Origin: an uncultured Planctomycetota bacterium
GTDB taxonomy: Bacteria; Planctomycetota; Planctomycetia; Isosphaerales; Isosphaeraceae
DNA length: 64,000 nt
Direction of reading: 5' to 3'
NCBI GenBank assembly: GCA_963737655.1
Contig: CAVTTN010000002.1
Coordinates: forward strand, 4,192,001 to 4,256,000
Positions within the stretch are counted from its first letter, which is position 1. Each line of letters starts with the position of its first letter. Positions 48,876 to 61,122 of the stretch are shown here, one piece after another. A program made the position numbers and the translations under genes. The notes under the pieces are model-generated. The model ran no database searches. It was not told the DNA's origin and worked only from the letters and a program-made list of their open reading frames with translations.

Positions 48876-49051
48876 GAGATGCTCAGCTCCGGTGAGGGGA
48901 AGGGCGCGGCCCGAACGGAGGGCGTTCGATCGGACGGGGCCGCCGGACGCGAGCGGGATCGGCGCGCGAGGAATCGCGGCGCGCCGGCCCGTGTCCACAC
49001 GATCATGGTAGGCCGGGGGTCAAGGCGGCGTCAACGCGTCGCGAGGGGCCG

Positions 49052-50751
49052 TCAGTCGCGGACGGTGGGCGTCCCGGAGTCGAGGGCCGAGTCGGCGAGG
49101 TCCGCGCCCCCGGGCCGGATCACGGCGAGGCGGAGGGACTCGGTCCGTCCCTTGTTGAGGTGGAAGCCCTGGATCTCGCCCCGGACCTCGATCTCCAGGC
49201 GGCTGTCGGCCCGGAGCTTCGTCAGCTCCATCGGGGAGAGGGCGGTGACGATCGAGCCTTCGCGGCGGAGGACTTCCAGGAGCCAGCGGCGGTCCCTCAT
49301 CACGGGCGCGGGGCGGCCGAAGGCGTAGATCAGGCTGGGCTCCTGATACGTGGCGAGGATCGCCATGCCCTTGACGCGACCGGCGGCGTCGGTCAGCTCA
49401 CGGGCCACCTTCTGCGGCAGGCGATAGGGCTCGGCCGAGGGGATCAGCCAGGACGCGGCCAGGAACAGCGTGACGCCCCAGGTCGTGACCAGCGCCAGGG
49501 CGCTCTCTCGGTCTTCCCGCCGTGGAGGGCGTCGATCGCGATCAGCGTCCCGACCCCCACGACGACCGCCATCAGGAGGCTCGGCCATCGCATCGGACCG
49601 GGCAAGACGATCGTCGCGCCGAGGAGAGCGACGGTCACCCCGATGCCGATCCCCGCCAGGAGGCCCATCGCCAGCCGGCCCAGGGGCCATCGGCGGAGGG
49701 CCCGATCGTCCTTCGAGATCGCTTCGACGAGCCAGGCGACGGCCAGGGCGCACGCCGGGATCGACGGCAAATAGTAGTGGACCAGCTTCGTCTTGACGCA
49801 TTCGAGGAGGATCAACGGGCCGACGATCCAGCCCATCAGGAAACCGAACGCCGGGTCGGTCCGCCTCCGGGTCCAGGCGGCGACCATCGCCGCGGGGAGG
49901 AGGGCCGACCAGGGGTAGAACGTCAGGAGCCCGGTGGCCGGGTAATAGCCCGGGAATCCGCCGTGCTCCTCCATCCCGGTGGCGACCCGTCGGAGGATCT
50001 GGCCGCCGACGGCCACCCGGAAGAACTCGCCGCGGGTCACCACGCCGATCGCCACGTACCACGGCAGGGCGATCACGCAGAAGACGGCCAGGCCCCACCG
50101 CCATCGGAGCCGCCGATAGCACGCGCCCGGCCCGCCCCACCACCAGCCCAGGGCCCCCGAGAGGGCCACCAGGGCCGGCCCCACCGGGCCCTTGGTCAGG
50201 CAGGCCAGGCCCATCAGGGCCCAGAAGGCCATCGCCACGGCGAACGAGTCGCGACGGTTCAGCTCCCAGAGCGCGAACAGGGCCGAGACCAGGAACAGGG
50301 CGAGCGTGGCGTCGGTCGTCGCGAGCTTGGACTCGATGAACATCAAGGGGGACGTGGCCAGGATCAGCGCCGCGAGCCGCCCTCCCCTCGGGCCGATCAT
50401 CCGCGAGCCGAAGCCCCAGACCAACAGGCAGGTGAGCGTCCCGGCCAGGGCCGAGACGAGCCTCGCGCCGAACGGGTTGTCGCCGCCCAGGGCCGTCCCT
50501 CCGAGCATCAGCCAGTAGATCAGGACGGGCTTCTGGAACCGGGGCTCGCCGTTGAACGTGGGGAGGACGTAATCCCCCCTCTGGCGCATCTCCCGGGTGC
50601 ACTGGGCGTATCGCGGCTCGTCCCGGTCCCAAAGACTGGTCCGGCCGTTGCCGGCGAGGTTCAGGGTCAGGGCCAGGGCGGCGATGCCCAGGGCCTCGAC
50701 GATCCATCGGCCCCGTCGCGGGGAATCGGGGGCGGATTCGGGCACGGGCAC
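49052..50751 (-). CDS. ArnT-like (GT83/PMT) membrane glycosyltransferase; frameshift near 49500
   Basis: DRDEPRYA, FQKPVLIYW, LTKGPVG, PWY, HGGFPGYY, TKLVHYYLP. Confidence 0.87.
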
Positions 50752-50881
50752 CCTCCCTGGAAGCCTCGCCGACCCTCCCGAGGCCGGGTTCTCTCTCGTA
50801 CTGATCGGTTCGGCGCGGGAGTATAATCCACCCTTCCATTTTCCGAGAGTCCGATTTCCGCCCGATCCGAGCGCGAGTTCC

Positions 50882-52045
50882 ATGGCCCATCGACCCGAGG
50901 CCGCCTGCCTCCTCCAGACCGGCGCGACCTATCCCCGGAGGATCGGCCTGGTCCCTCCGGCCGGAGACCTCATCTTCGTCGGGACCCGGCGAGGCGGGCT
51001 GTCGATCTATCACGGCGACGCCCCGATCTATCACTTCGACCTCGAAGGCCGATGGCAGAGGGCATTCATCGAGGGGGTCCACTTCCGCAAGGGCCTGGAT
51101 AACGCGGCGGTCGCCATCGACCGCGAACGATCCGGAGAGAACCTGGTCCTCCGCCGCCGGTCGCTCGCCTTCGCCGAGGCCGCCGACCTGGATGAGTCGA
51201 TCCGGGTCTCGGCCCTGGAGCTGGTCGAGGGGATCAGTTCGGGCCTCCTGAGGCCGGAGGGGCCGCCCGAAGGCGTCATCCTCCGCGACCTGGCGGGCTG
51301 GCGAGAGTTGCTGGAACGGGTGGCCTCCTGGGACGCCTCGGCCTGGTTCGCCCATCGCGAGCGATACCTCGCCGCGTATGGTCCCCGGCCGATTTTCGTC
51401 CCGCCGGACGCCCAGAACGCCGTGATCCTCCAGGCGACGAGCGGAGACGGCTTCTTCCGCACTCCCGACGAGTTCGCCAACCACGCCGAGGCGGTCCGCC
51501 GGCTCCTGGGGCGTCGGGCCGTCCAGGCCTCGGGCGTCCTCCTGGCCGATGGCGCGGTTCTGCATCGCCCTATTGAAGAGGTGATCGCCCATCTCGACGC
51601 GATCGCCCGGGTCTTCCCGATCCGCGACGACGACGCGCCGAAGAGACTCCGCGACCTGCCCGAGGAAGACGTTTCGCTCTCCGGGATCGAGGTGATCCTC
51701 GAAGGGACGGCCGGCCCGTCGCCCGACCCGGCGGCGTTCGGGGCGATGAAGGCGAGGAAGCTGCGGAGGGTCACCTGGAAGGCCGGCCCGGAAGACGACT
51801 CGCGATCGGCGGCCTCCTGGATCGATCCGATCGTCCGATCGGGGCTGGCCCTCTCGATCGTGGTCGAGGGCGGGACGGCCGCCCGGGATTCGGTCGGCGC
51901 GATCCTCGACGCCCTCGAGATCGGCCGGGGGACGACCGTGTACCTCCTGGGAGACGACCCCGACCGTGCGAACCCGGCGATGGCGGGCTCGAGATCGCGA
52001 GGCGCGAAGGTCCTGGCCTATTCGCCGGAAAAACAATGGTTCTAG
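50882..52045 (+). CDS. Hypothetical protein resembling a radical SAM protein but lacking CxxxCxxC
   Basis: YHFDLEGRW..AF...FRKGLD N-terminus; YGPRPIFVPPD..AVILQATSG with no following Cys motif. Confidence 0.65.
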   Translation: MAHRPEAACLLQTGATYPRRIGLVPPAGDLIFVGTRRGGLSIYHGDAPIYHFDLEGRWQRAFIEGVHFRKGLDNAAVAIDRERSGENLVLRRRSLAFAEAADLDESIRVSALELVEGISSGLLRPEGPPEGVILRDLAGWRELLERVASWDASAWFAHRERYLAAYGPRPIFVPPDAQNAVILQATSGDGFFRTPDEFANHAEAVRRLLGRRAVQASGVLLADGAVLHRPIEEVIAHLDAIARVFPIRDDDAPKRLRDLPEEDVSLSGIEVILEGTAGPSPDPAAFGAMKARKLRRVTWKAGPEDDSRSAASWIDPIVRSGLALSIVVEGGTAARDSVGAILDALEIGRGTTVYLLGDDPDRANPAMAGSRSRGAKVLAYSPEKQWF

Positions 52046-52118
52046 CGGCTGGAAATCGGGCAGCGCGTTAGTTACGGGGAGCGAAGCGGTGACGCGCTTC
52101 GCGGACTCGACCCGCCTC

Positions 52119-52562
52119 TCAATGCCACCAGCCCAGGAGGTCGTTGAACTTCAGGAGCAGGACGACGACCGAGACGCTCACGAAGATAATGACCGCGACG
52201 AGGACCCCTCCGGAGGCGATCTCCCGGGCGACCTTCGGGCCGGGGGCCTCGGGATCGCCCAGGGCCCGGGCCAGGGTGTCGATGGCGCTGTGGGACATCT
52301 CGGCGATCAGGACGAGCCCGGCGGCCAGGACCAGGAAGATCCAGCCCGAGGGGCCGACGCCCAGCAAGCCGGCGGTCAGTGCGATGAAGATCCCCCGATA
52401 GGCGTGGGCGAAGAAGCTGGAATCGCCCCTCATCGCGTGTTTCAGGCCGTTCAGGCCGGCGGCCAGCTTCGCCTTGGCGTCCCGACGGCCGGCCCGGGCC
52501 GACCAGGGTTCGGGCTCGCCCCATTCCGCCAGTCTCTCTTCCAGGTCGTTCGTCGTGACCAT
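52119..52562 (-). CDS. dgkA: Diacylglycerol/undecaprenol kinase (DgkA family)
   Basis: AGLNGL, AEMSHSAID, KVAREIASGGV; three TMs. Confidence 0.75.
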   Translation of the reverse strand: MVTTNDLEERLAEWGEPEPWSARAGRRDAKAKLAAGLNGLKHAMRGDSSFFAHAYRGIFIALTAGLLGVGPSGWIFLVLAAGLVLIAEMSHSAIDTLARALGDPEAPGPKVAREIASGGVLVAVIIFVSVSVVVLLLKFNDLLGWWH

Positions 52563-52603
52563 CCGGGGGCGTCTCCCTGAGGCGCGATCGGCGAGGCCTG
52601 ATC

Positions 52604-55600
52604 TCACTCCGACGGCGCGAACCGCGAGTCGAACCGCGAGCCGAGGGTCGAGCCGAACCTCACGTTCGGGCTGAATCTCGGGGCAATCTCGAAGGCGAAG
52701 TTGTAATTCATCCGCTGGGGATCGACCGTCAGGCCCACGCTGGTCAGGTAGTCCTTGCCGATCTTCGTGACCGAGACCGTCGATCCCAGGAGGATGGCGT
52801 TGCCGAAGTCGTAGCTCGTGGCGAAGAACATGTACCACTTCGGGCTCAGCCAGTAGGTGTACGACGCATTCAGGGCCGACGTCGAGATCGGTCCCGTGTT
52901 GATGATCGTGTAGCCGAGGTAGACCGAGCCCCGAGGGGGCCGGCTGATGTTGAACCCCGAGCTGATCACCGCGAACTTGAACGGGTCGTTCGTGTGGGTG
53001 GGGTTCGAGATCAGGATCGGCTGGCCGGAGATGTCGAAGAACTCGAACCAGCCGGAGGAGATGAAGCTGGTGCGGTCGCCGATGTACCATTCGTAGTTGT
53101 ACATGGTCTGGCCGAACGCCTTGCCGAAGTTGTCGCGGCGGGCGTTGGGGAAATAGGTGGTGGTGAGGTCGAGGATCATGTAATCGATGATCCGTCGCTT
53201 GCCCTCCGGGCCCCTCTTGGTCTGGAGCCTCTGGTTGAGGTTCAGGCGGACGGTCTCGATCGAGTCCTGGATGTCGGTCGTCCCGGTGATCGGCGAGATC
53301 CCCCGTCGGAGGGTCAGGAGCCTCGGGTCGTACTGGCGGGGCAGCAACCCGCCGACGTAGTTGGCCAGGGCGAAGTAGCGCCGGGTGTATTCATACGAGT
53401 TGTCGTCCAGGTCGTCCTGGACGCCGATCCGTGCCAGGCTGACGTTGGAGAAGGCGTCGCGGTAGTCGGCCTGGAGGTTGACCTTGTGGGCCAGGCCGTG
53501 GACGTTGAGCAGCTCGCTCTCGAACTGGGGCCCGGTGAAGGTCCGCCACGCCAGGATGTTCGCCCGGGCCCCGATGGCCCCCCAGGCCCGGCCGATCGGG
53601 ACGTTGCCGATCTGGTTGTCCCAGCCGACGAGCTGCCCCTGGACGTACGGCGTGAAGTTCAGGTACTCGAACTTCAGGGGGACGTCGATCTCGGTCGCCG
53701 CGTAGGCCCGGCCGGTGTTCAGCGTGCCGCTCGTGTTGGAGACCGGGTCGGTGGGCAGGAACGCGAAGATGTTCGGGTTGTTCACCTCGACGGCGGTGTG
53801 GGTGCTCGCGTAATCCACGCCCGTCCGCGACGAGATGCTCACGTAATTATTCAGGAAGTTGTCCCCGAGCCGTGTGTACTCCAGCTTCGGGAGCCACTGG
53901 GTCTCGGTGTACCAATTCTGGAGGTTCGCCTCGGTCTGGAGGGTCAGGGCGCGGTTCTGGTTCTGGTAGATCCCGTAGAAGAGCGTCTCCTGGTCCACAC
54001 CGGTGTCGAACAGCCTCTTGTAGTATTCCTCGATGAAGTTCCGGTCCGAGACGTAGCCGGCCTCGAACTGGAGGCGGAGGTCCACGTCGGTGACCTCTTC
54101 GGGGTCGAGCAGGCGGACCATGTGCCGGGCCGTCGCGCGGCCCCGATAGTCCAGGAACGTCGGCTGAGACGTCCGCTGATACCCCTGCTTCCCCGCGCCG
54201 TTGGGGCCGTAGGTGATGATCGCCGGCCCGGGGCCGAGGACGTCTCGGCCGGTGTCGTTGATCCCCCAGAGGTCGAAGTAGCCGAAGTAGGGGTGGTTGA
54301 CCTTCGTCTTGGCGTTGCCGTACGGATTCTGGAGGTCGCCGATGAAGTCGCGGCCGAACCAGCCGAGCTCGCTGCCGACGGCGAACCCGCGATAGCTCAG
54401 GTAATCGATGTCGATGTTCCAGATGTCCGTCCACTTCGGCCGGCGGATGTTGAACAGGCGGTAGCCGCTGAGGTCGAACTGGGCCGTCTGGCCGAAGACG
54501 TTGCCGGTCTGGAACCGGAAGTTCCTCAACAGGGGGTCGAACTCGCTGGTGAACTTCGAGTAGGGCGAGTAGAAGACCGGGAGCTTCCCGAGGAAGAGGA
54601 AGTTGTCGTACGCCTCGAACAACTGGACGCGATCCTGCTCCACCGGGTCGCCCCCGGGCCCGACCTTCCCCCCGGTGTTCTGGTCGGTGAGCGTCTCGGT
54701 GATGTCGGTGATGTCCAGCGACCGGCTGCGGAAGCGATATCCGGGGATCGGGAACCGGCTGCCGGAGGTCACCGACTGATCGACCCGGATCTGCTGGGGG
54801 CCGAGGATGTAGCCGCCCTTCTTCGGGTCGATCCCCCTGACTTCCTTGTACTGGTCGATCCTCTTGCCGTCGGTCCTCAGGGGGGCGAGGAGCCCCGGAG
54901 TGTTCGTGTAAACCCGGCCGTCGAGCGCGACGAGCCGTTCGGTGCGGAGGTCGTAGTACGCCTGGGCGGCCTCGAAGATCTTCTCGTCGCCGTTGCCGGC
55001 GAGCTTGCGGTCGTCGCGGCGGATGCGGACATTGCCTTCCATGTAGAGCTGCATCGGCGTGTCGGGCTTCTGCGAGACGCCGACGGTGGGGTCGCCCGGG
55101 GCCCCGGCCTGCTTCTCCTCGCGGCGGGTCCAGATGATGATGCTGTCGGCCGTGACGTCCACGGTGGCGAACGGCGGAGGGGTGCCGACCGGAGGCGGAA
55201 TCTCCCCCTTGGGCACGGGGTCGGGCTTCCTCGGGATGTTGGCGATCAGGTTCACGCCGCCCTGAAGGATGTAGATGATCTCGCCTTCCGGGGTCTCCTT
55301 GACGTCGAACTTGAAGTTCGGGCCGCCGTTGACGCTGAAGGTGCGGCGGGTCTCGGGCGGGATCGGCAGGAAGATCTTGCGGCCGTCGTCGGCCGCCGGA
55401 GGGGCCGCCGGCCCGATCGGCACCACGCCGGGCAGGGGGTCGAGATCGGTCGGGGGTTCCTGGAGCCCGTCGATCGGCGCGGGTCCGAGGGCCGGGGGCT
55501 GCTGGGGGCTCTCGTCGATCAGGTCGGGGCGATTGAGGATGATCTGGCCGTCCATGGCGTCGCCGTCGGCCTGGGTCCGGGTCACGGCGGGGTCGAGCTT

Positions 55601-56295
55601 GGGCTTCGGGTCGCCCGGATCGGGCGCGGGCACCGGGGCCCGAGCCCGACCTCCGGCGACGGCTCGGCGGGCGGAGGGGTGAGTACCGGCAACGCCCTGG
55701 GGACGTCGGCCGAGGCGACGGCGCCTCCGCCGGATTTCGCCTGGGAGACGACCGGCGCCGCGGCCGCTTTGGACTTCGCCGGGGGTGCCGACGGCCCTCC
55801 GGGGAAGCCTCGGGCGAGGATCGCCAGGCCCTTGGGCGCGGCGTCGAGCTTGACGAGGCCGCCCTCGCGGAACGCCGTCAACTTCAGCTCGCCGGTGGTC
55901 GAGAGCGAGGCCCTCCGCGAGTTGCTGGGCCGGCAATCGGGCTCGGTCGTCCGGGCGTGGCCCTCGGTGTGGATCTCGACTTCCAGACTCTTCCAGGTGC
56001 GTCTCTGATTGCGCTCGATCCGGGCCACGATCGCGTCGGCCCGGAGCCCGTCGCCGCCCTGGAGAGCGGCCGATTGACCCTGGAGGACGACCCAGCGGAC
56101 CCCGTCGGCGTCGTCCCAGTAGCGGACCGAATCGGCCGACAGGACGACGTCCTCCGACGACGGCGAGGGCTGCGCCCCGGGCGAGTCGGCGGAGGAGAGT
56201 CGTCCGATCGCCACGACGACCAGGGCGAGGATCGTGACGATCCCCGTCCGGGCGCGACAGAGGCGGAGACGGAGCGTCTGGTGGTGACCGGGCAC
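52604..56295 (-). CDS. lptD: LPS-assembly protein LptD-like outer-membrane barrel; frameshift near 55636
   Basis: OstA-like N-terminal segments (YMEGNV, AAQAYYD), KLPVFYSPY, DYLSYRG, SDRNFIEEYY, NQRLQTKRG; N-terminal signal region in a second frame. Confidence 0.8.
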
Positions 56296-56520
56296 GTCTG
56301 ACCCCCTCGCGGACCACCGCCCGAGCCCGAAGGCCGGCCTTCCCTGGCCGGGACCTTCCAGCTCGGCATCCCCTTCGCCCGGTCCGAGGGCTGATCCGAC
56401 ATCCAATTCCAAGGGGACGCATCGAGGGGGGGATTTCGGGTCCAGACTCTCGCAAAGCGACGGGACGATCGGGCGGGGAGGGTATCCGCTCGGCCCTCGG
56501 GCGTCAACCCGAGGGCCGAA

Positions 56521-56713
56521 AGCAGTGGACCGAGCCGTGGGCAGTGGACCAAGCAGTGGGCAGTGGGCAGTGGGCAGTGGGCAGTGAAAAGAATCTGTGG
56601 TCGGCCCGAATCGCATTACCCCAATCTTCTGCCCACTGCCCACTGCCCACTGCCCACTGCTTGGTCCACTGCCCACTGCCCACTGCCCACGGCTCGGTCC
56701 ACTGCCCACTGCT
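56521..56713. repeat. Inverted arrays of the heptamer GCAGTGG
   Basis: (GCAGTGG)n at 56521-56586 and (CCACTGC)n at 56629-56713 with shared interrupting spacers. Confidence 0.9.
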
Positions 56714-56714
56714 C

Positions 56715-59645
56715 CTACGAAATCACTCCCTTGGGCTTCGGATCGCGCAGGGCCCGCCGCAATCGGGGGTTGAGTCCGTAGCCGAGGCCGAGGAGCTTCA
56801 TCGGGTGGAGCGTGCGTTTGGGGATGTTCTGCTCCATCTGCATCCGGCAGGCCGAGCATTCGGTCGAGCCGAGGTCCAGGTCCGGGTCCTTCAGGCGGCT
56901 TCGGAGCGGGTGGCCGGCTCGGAGCGAGGCGCGGAAGTTCTTCGCCGAGAGCCCATACGTCCCGGCGATCCCGGAACAGCCGCGGTCGATGAACTCGACC
57001 TCGAGCTCGGGGATCGAGCGGATCAGGTCCAGGCCCGGAGTCCCGGCCCCGAGCGCCCGGAGGTGGCACGGCTGGTGATAGCCCACTCGCGCCTTGACCG
57101 GGAACTCGGGACGGCGGACCTGGCCCCGGACGACCAACCCCTGGAGATACATCCCCACGTCCATCGTATTGCGGGCCACGAGCTCGGCGTCGAGGTCGTC
57201 GGTCAGCCTCGGCGCCTCCCTCGTGAGCATCAAGGCGGCGGTCGGCTCGGAGCAGACGACCGTGTAGCCGTCCCTCACGGCGTTGCCCAGGGCCCGGAGG
57301 TTCCGGCCGACGAGGTCCCGGGCGCGGTCGAGGTCGCCGGCCACCAGGGCGGGCATCCCGCTGCCTCTCTGCGCCTTGGGGACGAAGACGTTCACCCCGG
57401 CGTGGCGGAGGACCGCCACCACCGATTCGGCCAGGTCCTGGTCGAAGTGGTCGGCCACGACATCGACGAAATACGCGACCCGAGGCCCCGGGGCATGCGG
57501 CCTCGGGACCGTCAGGCCCAGCCGCTCGGCCCGTCTCAGGAAGGACGTGCGATGCGCCCGGGGGAGCCTCCGGCTTTGCGACAGCCCGAACGCCCGCTCC
57601 AAGAGCCATCGGGCCGGGCGGCTCGTCATCATCGCATTGAACAGGACCGGCAGGCGGCTCGCCCATTTCGCCCAGACGTCGATCCGGGACAGCATCCAGG
57701 CGTCGGACGCCAACCCGTGATTGGCCACGTACGCGGCCTTGGCCTCGATCATCAGGCCCGAGACGTCCACTCCGGCCGGGCATTCGTCGCGGCAGAGGTT
57801 GCAGTGGACGCACAGATCGGCGCGGGCCTTGATCTCCTCGCCGGCCCAGAGGCGGGGATCGATCACCCCGGAGGCGACCTGGCGGAGCAAATTCGCCTGG
57901 GCCCGGGGGGTGGCCTCTTCCGATCCCGAGGCCCGGAACGCCGGGCACATCCGTAGCGAGGGGCTCGCGGGTCCGGCACTGTCCGCACCCGTTGCAGGCC
58001 GAGACGTTCTCGTCCCGCGATCGTTCGGGCCATCTCAGCAGGACGGGCAGTTCGGTCACCTCTCGGGGGCGGGCGCGGAGGTTCCGGGTCAAAAGGTGGG
58101 GGTCGTCGCCGACGACCTTGCCGGGATTCAGCAGGTTTTGTGGGTCGAACGCATTCTTGACCTCGCGGAAGATCCCGGCGAGGTCGCCGTATTGGCGGCG
58201 GATGAATTGCGTCCTCGACAGGCCGCAACCGTGCTCGCCGGAGACCGTCCCGCCCAGGGCGATGGCGGCCTCGGCCACGGCGGAGGCCATCGGCTCGATC
58301 ACCGACGAATCGGCCGGGAGGTCGAGGAACGGGCGGGCGTGGACCTGGCCGCTCCCGGCGTGGGCGTTGATCGTCCCCGAGGCGCCGAACTCCTTCCAGA
58401 TCGCCTGGAGTCGGGCGAGGAACTCGGGGAGGGCCTCGGGCGGCACCGCCGCATCCTCGATCAAGGGGACCGGCCTCGCCGGGCCGCGCTTTCGGAGGAA
58501 CAGGGGCTCGACGGCCTTCCTCAAGCCGAGGAGGCGTTCGGCCTCGACCCGTCGGGAGGTGCCGACGGGGTCGCCCACCAGCCCCCCGCGACGGGCCATC
58601 CGCTCGGCCAGGGAGCGGGCCCTCCGGGCCGCCAGGTCGGGGTCGGCGGCCTCGAACTCGACGATCAGCGCCGCCTCGGCCGATTCCGGGATCCACTCGC
58701 GATAATCGGCGCCGACCTCCCGGGCGAGGCTCAGGGCCCGCCAGTCGTGAAGCTCGCACGCCGTGGGGCCGTCTTCCAGGCACTCGACGACCGCCTCGGC
58801 CGCGTCCCGGAGCAGGCCGAACGGCAGCAAGACCGCCGCCTGGGCCGCCGGGACCGGCACCGTCTTCAGGGTGATCTCGGTCGCCAGGGCGAGCGTCCCC
58901 TCCGAGCCCACCACCAATCGGCGGAGGTCCAGGATTCCCGGCCCCCACGCCGATCGAAGGGCGTATCCGGCGCGATTGCGGACGGCCCGGGGCCACCGCC
59001 TGGCGATCGAATCGGCGTGATAATGCAGGAGGGTGCCGACTCGCCGGGCCACGAGCGAGGCGAACGGCTCGGCGTCGTCGGAATCCTCGGCCGGGGGCAT
59101 CGGCCAGGGGATCGGCCCGAGATCGCCGATCTCGCCGTTGGCGAAGACCACCCGCAGGCCCTCCACCGAGTCGCCGGTGGTCCCGTAGGTCAGGGACCGC
59201 GCCCCGGAGGCGTCCAGGCCGATCATCCCCCCGATCGTCGTCACCTCCGGCGCCGAGGGATCGGGGCCGATCCGTCGACCGAGAGGGGCGAGCTGCGCGT
59301 TCAGGCGATCCAGGACCACCCCGGGCTGGACGACCACGGAATCGCTTCGGACCTCGATCACGCGCCGAAGGTGTTTCGAGAAATCGATCACCAATCCCGG
59401 CCCGAGGCTCTCGCCCGCGAGGCCGGTGCCGGCGCCCGGGCGTGGATCGGCAGGCCCTGGTCGGCGGCGTACTTGACCACGAGGACGAGGTCGGCCTCGG
59501 TCCTCGGGGCGATCACGCCGAGGGGGTCGATCTCGTAGAGGCTGCCGTCCAGGGCGAACGGCGCGCGCTCGACCGGGCCGAAGATCAGCTCCCCGCCGAT
59601 CATCCCGCGAAGGTCGTCGAAGATCCGGGCGCGATGCTCATCCAC
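56715..59645 (-). CDS. FAD-binding/Fe-S oxidoreductase (GlcD-GlcF/GlpC fusion, YdiJ-like); frameshifts near 59437 and 57960
   Basis: VQPGVV, TIGGMI, GSEGTL, HAGSGQVH, SGEHGCG, LNPGK, CNGCGQC, CVHCNLC...CP, HQPCH, CSGIAG. Confidence 0.88.
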
Positions 59646-59742
59646 GGTGGGGGACGGACGCCTCCGAGGCCGAGGCCGGAAGGGGACGGGGGAAGGCCGG
59701 TGGGTGTGGGCCTGGTCCCGAGGGGGGAGGTGACGGCCCGGC

Positions 59743-60234
59743 TCAGGCGTCCTCGGACCTCGCCGCGCGAAGCTCCTCGATCCTCAGCCTCTCCTGCCGA
59801 TACCGCTCGCCGATGGCCAGGTCGAACGGAGCGAACCGACCCTCCGGCGCGCTGCCCTGGCCCCGGAACTGGCTCAAACAACGGTAGCAGATCGTGACGT
59901 CCGGTACGAGGTAGTACAGGACCAGATCCAGCATCGCCGTCGCGAGGAACACCGCGAACGTCCAGATCGGCATGTACAGGTACCAGAAGATCGACCCCGC
60001 CGCGAACCCCACGATCACGATCGCCAGGCCCAGCCCGTGAGGGAAGTCCTTCTGGAGATAGAGGTCGGGCGTGGCACACCAGGCGCACGCGCCAAGGCCG
60101 CCCTCGGGGTCGAAAGCCCCCCGGCGGACCTCGCGCTCATGGCCGCAATGCGAGCACCGGACGACCTCGCACGCCTCGATCCCCGGGACGAGGCCCACGG
60201 CCTCGCATCCGGGGCATTCAAACGACAGTTCCAT
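59743..60234 (-). CDS. Hypothetical zinc-ribbon membrane protein
   Basis: Four CxxC pairs (CPGC, CSHC, CAWC, CYRC) around two TMs; LYLQKDFP. Confidence 0.75.
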   Translation of the reverse strand: MELSFECPGCEAVGLVPGIEACEVVRCSHCGHEREVRRGAFDPEGGLGACAWCATPDLYLQKDFPHGLGLAIVIVGFAAGSIFWYLYMPIWTFAVFLATAMLDLVLYYLVPDVTICYRCLSQFRGQGSAPEGRFAPFDLAIGERYRQERLRIEELRAARSEDA

Positions 60235-60317
60235 CGGCGGCTCGGCGAACAGGGGGGCGTTTCGAAGGGGGGGACGGCCCCATTGTATCCGATCGGGGCC
60301 GAGAAGCCCGAGCCCGG

Positions 60318-61085
60318 TCAGCAGACGATCCCCGAGCCGCGCTCCAGGATCAGCGCCGAGAGCTCGCCGAACAGGGTCAGGGTCATGCCGATGTAAAGGA
60401 TGCCCGTCGCCGACTGGGTCGATCGGATCTCGACCGTCTTCCAGGCCAGGACCGTGGCGAGGGCCGGCCCGAGGACGCCCATGCCCCACCTCATCCCCAG
60501 GAACATCGGCGAGAGCTCGGCTCGAGACCCCAATCCGGCCCATCCTCCGAACCACACCGCCAGCCCCGCCGCCGCCAGGAGCGTCCTGACGCCCAGCGAG
60601 CCGGCCATGATCGCCACGAACGTCCTCAGGGGCGAGATCGCCATCGCGGGGGCGGTCAAGTAATGATGCCCCAGGAGCATGGCCGTCAGCGTCGAACCCA
60701 GGAGGGCCGAGGACGCCAGCCCTCCCGCGAGATTCAGACCCACTCGCAACGCCGACCCAGATCGTGAATCCCAGGCGATCAACCCCGCGCCGATCAAGGC
60801 GATCGCGAACGTGATGGGCAAGGCGACCCGAGGCAGGCCGATCCCCCAGAGGGCCGAGCCGAGGTACGCGAGCGCGGCCGCCGCGATCGTGGCCGACAGG
60901 ATGATCGTCGGCACCGATCGGCCCTCGGCGACCGCCGCGACGACGAGGAGGCCGAGCATCACGAGGCAATGGGTGCGGAAGAACGCGAGGGGGACGACCG
61001 CCCTGGGCGCGATCAGGAGCATCGCGGCGAGTCCTCCGGCGACCCGGATCGCGAAGATCGCCAGCATCGGGATCTCGGGGGGCAT
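60318..61085 (-). CDS. Conserved-looking polytopic membrane protein
   Basis: Seven to eight hydrophobic segments; MLLGHHYL, STQSATGILY. Confidence 0.75.
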   Translation of the reverse strand: MPPEIPMLAIFAIRVAGGLAAMLLIAPRAVVPLAFFRTHCLVMLGLLVVAAVAEGRSVPTIILSATIAAAALAYLGSALWGIGLPRVALPITFAIALIGAGLIAWDSRSGSALRVGLNLAGGLASSALLGSTLTAMLLGHHYLTAPAMAISPLRTFVAIMAGSLGVRTLLAAAGLAVWFGGWAGLGSRAELSPMFLGMRWGMGVLGPALATVLAWKTVEIRSTQSATGILYIGMTLTLFGELSALILERGSGIVC

Positions 61086-61122
61086 CGCGGGCGATCTCCG
61101 GGGCGGGGCGATCGGTCCAGGC

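Noticed and set aside
46893..48998. 701-aa ATPase-antitoxin fusion
   Set aside because: Caused by the frameshift near 47840; the true ATPase C-terminus ends at 47450
56521..56713. Heptamer array as a CRISPR or as coding WAVGSGQ/LPTAHCP repeats
   Set aside because: No unique spacers; the ORFs crossing it are shadow frames or frameshift read-throughs
55582..59394. 1270-aa ORF fusing the FAD oxidase to the LptD N-terminus
   Set aside because: Artefact of frameshifts and a stop-poor GC-rich frame; the middle is non-protein-like
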